A stretch of 64,000 nt of DNA from a virus (Duplodnaviria; Caudoviricetes). Position 1 is the first letter of the stretch. The number at the start of each line of letters is the position of its first letter. Under the pieces are notes generated by a model. The model was given only the letters and a program-made list of their open reading frames with translations, made no database searches and was not told where the DNA came from. A program made the position numbers and the translations under genes. The stretch covers positions 1,425 through 65,424 of IMG/VR virus record IMGVR_UViG_2799112723_000003; one strand, given 5' to 3'. Of this stretch, positions 62,140-64,000 are shown piece after piece.

Positions 62140-62301
62140 TATATACCCAAAAGCGTGACATATACTGCATATTTGTGCAAATACTTTCGGGTATTTTCGG
62201 GTATTTTCGGGTATTTTCGGGTACTATTTTCGTAAACAGCTGAAAATTAAACGTGTCCCATAAATCCCATTAAGTTACACTATATACCCAAAAGCGTGAC
62301 A
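62140..62301. repeat. attP-like region: 21-bp direct repeats and four 10-bp tandem units
   Basis: TATATACCCAAAAGCGTGACA at 62140-62160 and 62281-62301; (T)TTTCGGGTA x4 at 62185-62223. Confidence 0.7.
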
Positions 62302-62358
62302 CGTACTACAATATTTTTGAAAATTTATATCGTAATATGTACAACTTTCAGTGTTAAA

Positions 62359-62550
62359 TTATATATTACACTGCTTTTCAAGTTTGTATGCTTCTTCCAT
62401 ATCTTCTAGAGTAACAACTCCTTTTTCTGACAATATCCTATTGAATATCTTTCGATACCATTGTCCAAACTCTATCTGACACAACAAAGCCTCTTGTTGT
62501 CTTTTGTGCATTTCTTTAAAGCAATCTTCTATAATTTCTTGATAAGACAT
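62359..62550 (-). CDS. Small hypothetical protein coupled to the integrase
   Basis: ATG lies 1 nt after the integrase stop. Confidence 0.5.
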   Translation of the reverse strand: MSYQEIIEDCFKEMHKRQQEALLCQIEFGQWYRKIFNRILSEKGVVTLEDMEEAYKLEKQCNI

Positions 62551-62551
62551 A

Positions 62552-64000
62552 TTACTCTGCTATTTTAAGTTTAACTTCCTTTGCTTTTGCAAACTCTGCT
62601 GCTGCCAGGATGGCTTTTTCCTCACGGTCCAGCTTCAGGTATTTTTTCAGCATTGATTCGCTGCTGTGCCCGGTGATGATCATGATGCTGGAGAGTGAAA
62701 TCTTTCGCTTATAGGCATTGGTTGCAAACGTCCGTCGGGCTGTGTGCGTCTTGATGCACTCGTAGAACATCTTATTGGTGGGGACCTGCAGCGTACCTTT
62801 CAGCTCTGTAATACCGGCGTTCTCTCGCCAGCCTAAAAAGCGTCCTACAACTTTAATGCGAGCGTTCAGACGTCCGTCGTAGACGTTCGGCAACTTGCCT
62901 CCATACTTCTTCAATATAGCCCTGACGCGAATATCCAGGGGAATATATATCCACTTGCCGGTCTTCTCCTGTTGCAGGTAGATGTATTCATTACCGTCAC
63001 CCAGCGTCTTGTACATATCCTCACTGATGCGCTTATAGTCGCTCACGCGCTGGCCAGTCAGACAGCCTACGACAAAGATGTCCTTGGCTTCGTTCAACAG
63101 TCTTGGTGTGCGTCTGGTCAGCTGGTCTTTCATCACGCTGCGCTCTTCATCACTCGGAGCCAGCGCCATCAGCCTCTCAATGGTGTTCTCATCCTCAAAG
63201 TCCGTCTCATACATCTGCTGTACGCGCTCTTCCGTCAGATAGACATTCTCCACGTCTTGCGAGTCGGCAGAAAACTTCCGGCTCTCAAAGTCCGTGTTAG
63301 TGGTCAGCTTCATGTCTTTGGCTGCATAGAGGAATATTTTAAGGTTCTTCACATGACGGCCAATGGTGTTAGGCGAATAGGGCCTGCTGTTTCCCCTGGC
63401 ATCCTTCTTTTCCAGAAAGAATCTGCGCCAATCGTCGTAGAAATCCAGCGTCACATCGTCAAAGTCTATCACTTTATGCCGTTTCTCCTGGTATGCTTGC
63501 AACTGTGCCAGCGTACCTTTGAAGCTTCTGATAGTGCCAAGTGTTATCTGCTTCGTGCTCTTCTGTTTCAGCCGCTCTCCCGTCTCACACTGCCTGATAA
63601 ACTCTCTTACCCATCCCATCAACGTCATCCGGCTGGCTTCTGCCTCCTTCCTGGCCTGCTCTGCCTTCTGCTGCTCCACCTCACGTATGATGTCCTGATG
63701 CAACACATTATTTACATATTGCTTCACGGACTCCCGGGTTATCGTCCCTGACTCTAACATGGCATCCAAGCCATTCTTGATTGTCCAAAGGTTTTGCGCC
63801 AGCGTATCACGGAGCATTACCGGCATACCCATCCGCTGTGCATCCGCTGCACTGTTCAGCAAACCTTCAACCGTCTTCCAGTCTGCGTCAGACAATGTGA
63901 CACCAAGGGCCACCGCATTGTTGATGACCGAACGTTTAAATATCCGAGCGTAAAGATTCACCCTCCCTTCCTTACTGCCTCTTGCAATGATCTGTACCAT
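62552..64000 (-). CDS. int: Tyrosine recombinase (phage integrase)
   Basis: GCLTGQRVSD (catalytic Arg), HTARRTFAT (HxxR), TGHS..MLKKYL (His/Tyr); SAM-like central domain. Confidence 0.95.
   Translation of the reverse strand: MVQIIARGSKEGRVNLYARIFKRSVINNAVALGVTLSDADWKTVEGLLNSAADAQRMGMPVMLRDTLAQNLWTIKNGLDAMLESGTITRESVKQYVNNVLHQDIIREVEQQKAEQARKEAEASRMTLMGWVREFIRQCETGERLKQKSTKQITLGTIRSFKGTLAQLQAYQEKRHKVIDFDDVTLDFYDDWRRFFLEKKDARGNSRPYSPNTIGRHVKNLKIFLYAAKDMKLTTNTDFESRKFSADSQDVENVYLTEERVQQMYETDFEDENTIERLMALAPSDEERSVMKDQLTRRTPRLLNEAKDIFVVGCLTGQRVSDYKRISEDMYKTLGDGNEYIYLQQEKTGKWIYIPLDIRVRAILKKYGGKLPNVYDGRLNARIKVVGRFLGWRENAGITELKGTLQVPTNKMFYECIKTHTARRTFATNAYKRKISLSSIMIITGHSSESMLKKYLKLDREEKAILAAAEFAKAKEVKLKIAE

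Larger units (their letters stand above)
1..64000. mobile_element. Temperate Bacteroidota phage genome (near-complete; no host flank visible)
   Basis: Integrase, CI/Cro, TerL, portal, capsid and lysis genes are all present. Phage genes lie on both sides of the att-like repeats at 62140-62301. Confidence 0.93.

Noticed and set aside
1-64000. Diversity-generating retroelement
   Set aside because: No reverse transcriptase ORF and no adenine-specific template/variable repeat pair was seen.

Overview
The whole window is one temperate tailed phage genome (probably short-tailed) with a Bacteroidota, Prevotella-like host. The host is inferred from repeated TTTG-N19/20-TAnnTTTG promoters, a DUF4494-like gene and a Bacteroidota HU-like gene. 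No host DNA is evident. Order from left to right: lysis cassette (+); leftward early/replication operon (radical SAM, AT-rich mini-gene block, amber-split EEP gene, VRR-NUC, replication initiator, Xis, Cro); CI switch; a divergent uncharacterised 6-gene operon with an HTH gene and a structured ncRNA; fibre/CotH genes; capsid and scaffold (-); portal, ring proteins and TerS (+); TerL, rhomboid protease and nozzle (-); a 4-kb HU/antirepressor island; a 4870-aa polyvalent protein; ejection-like genes; an attP-like region; and a tyrosine integrase. Best leads: (1) an intact HNH homing-endonuclease gene, and a second small gene, overprinted in the +1 frame inside the still-open giant ORF; (2) a capsid protein with a signal-peptide-like leader, a 54-aa unannotated mini-gene copying the capsid N-arm, and a phage rhomboid protease; (3) a late-promoter motif with identical 21-nt spacing at three structural operons; (4) the orphan operon and its pseudoknotted ncRNA. 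All family calls are from motif recognition by eye; no database search was run.
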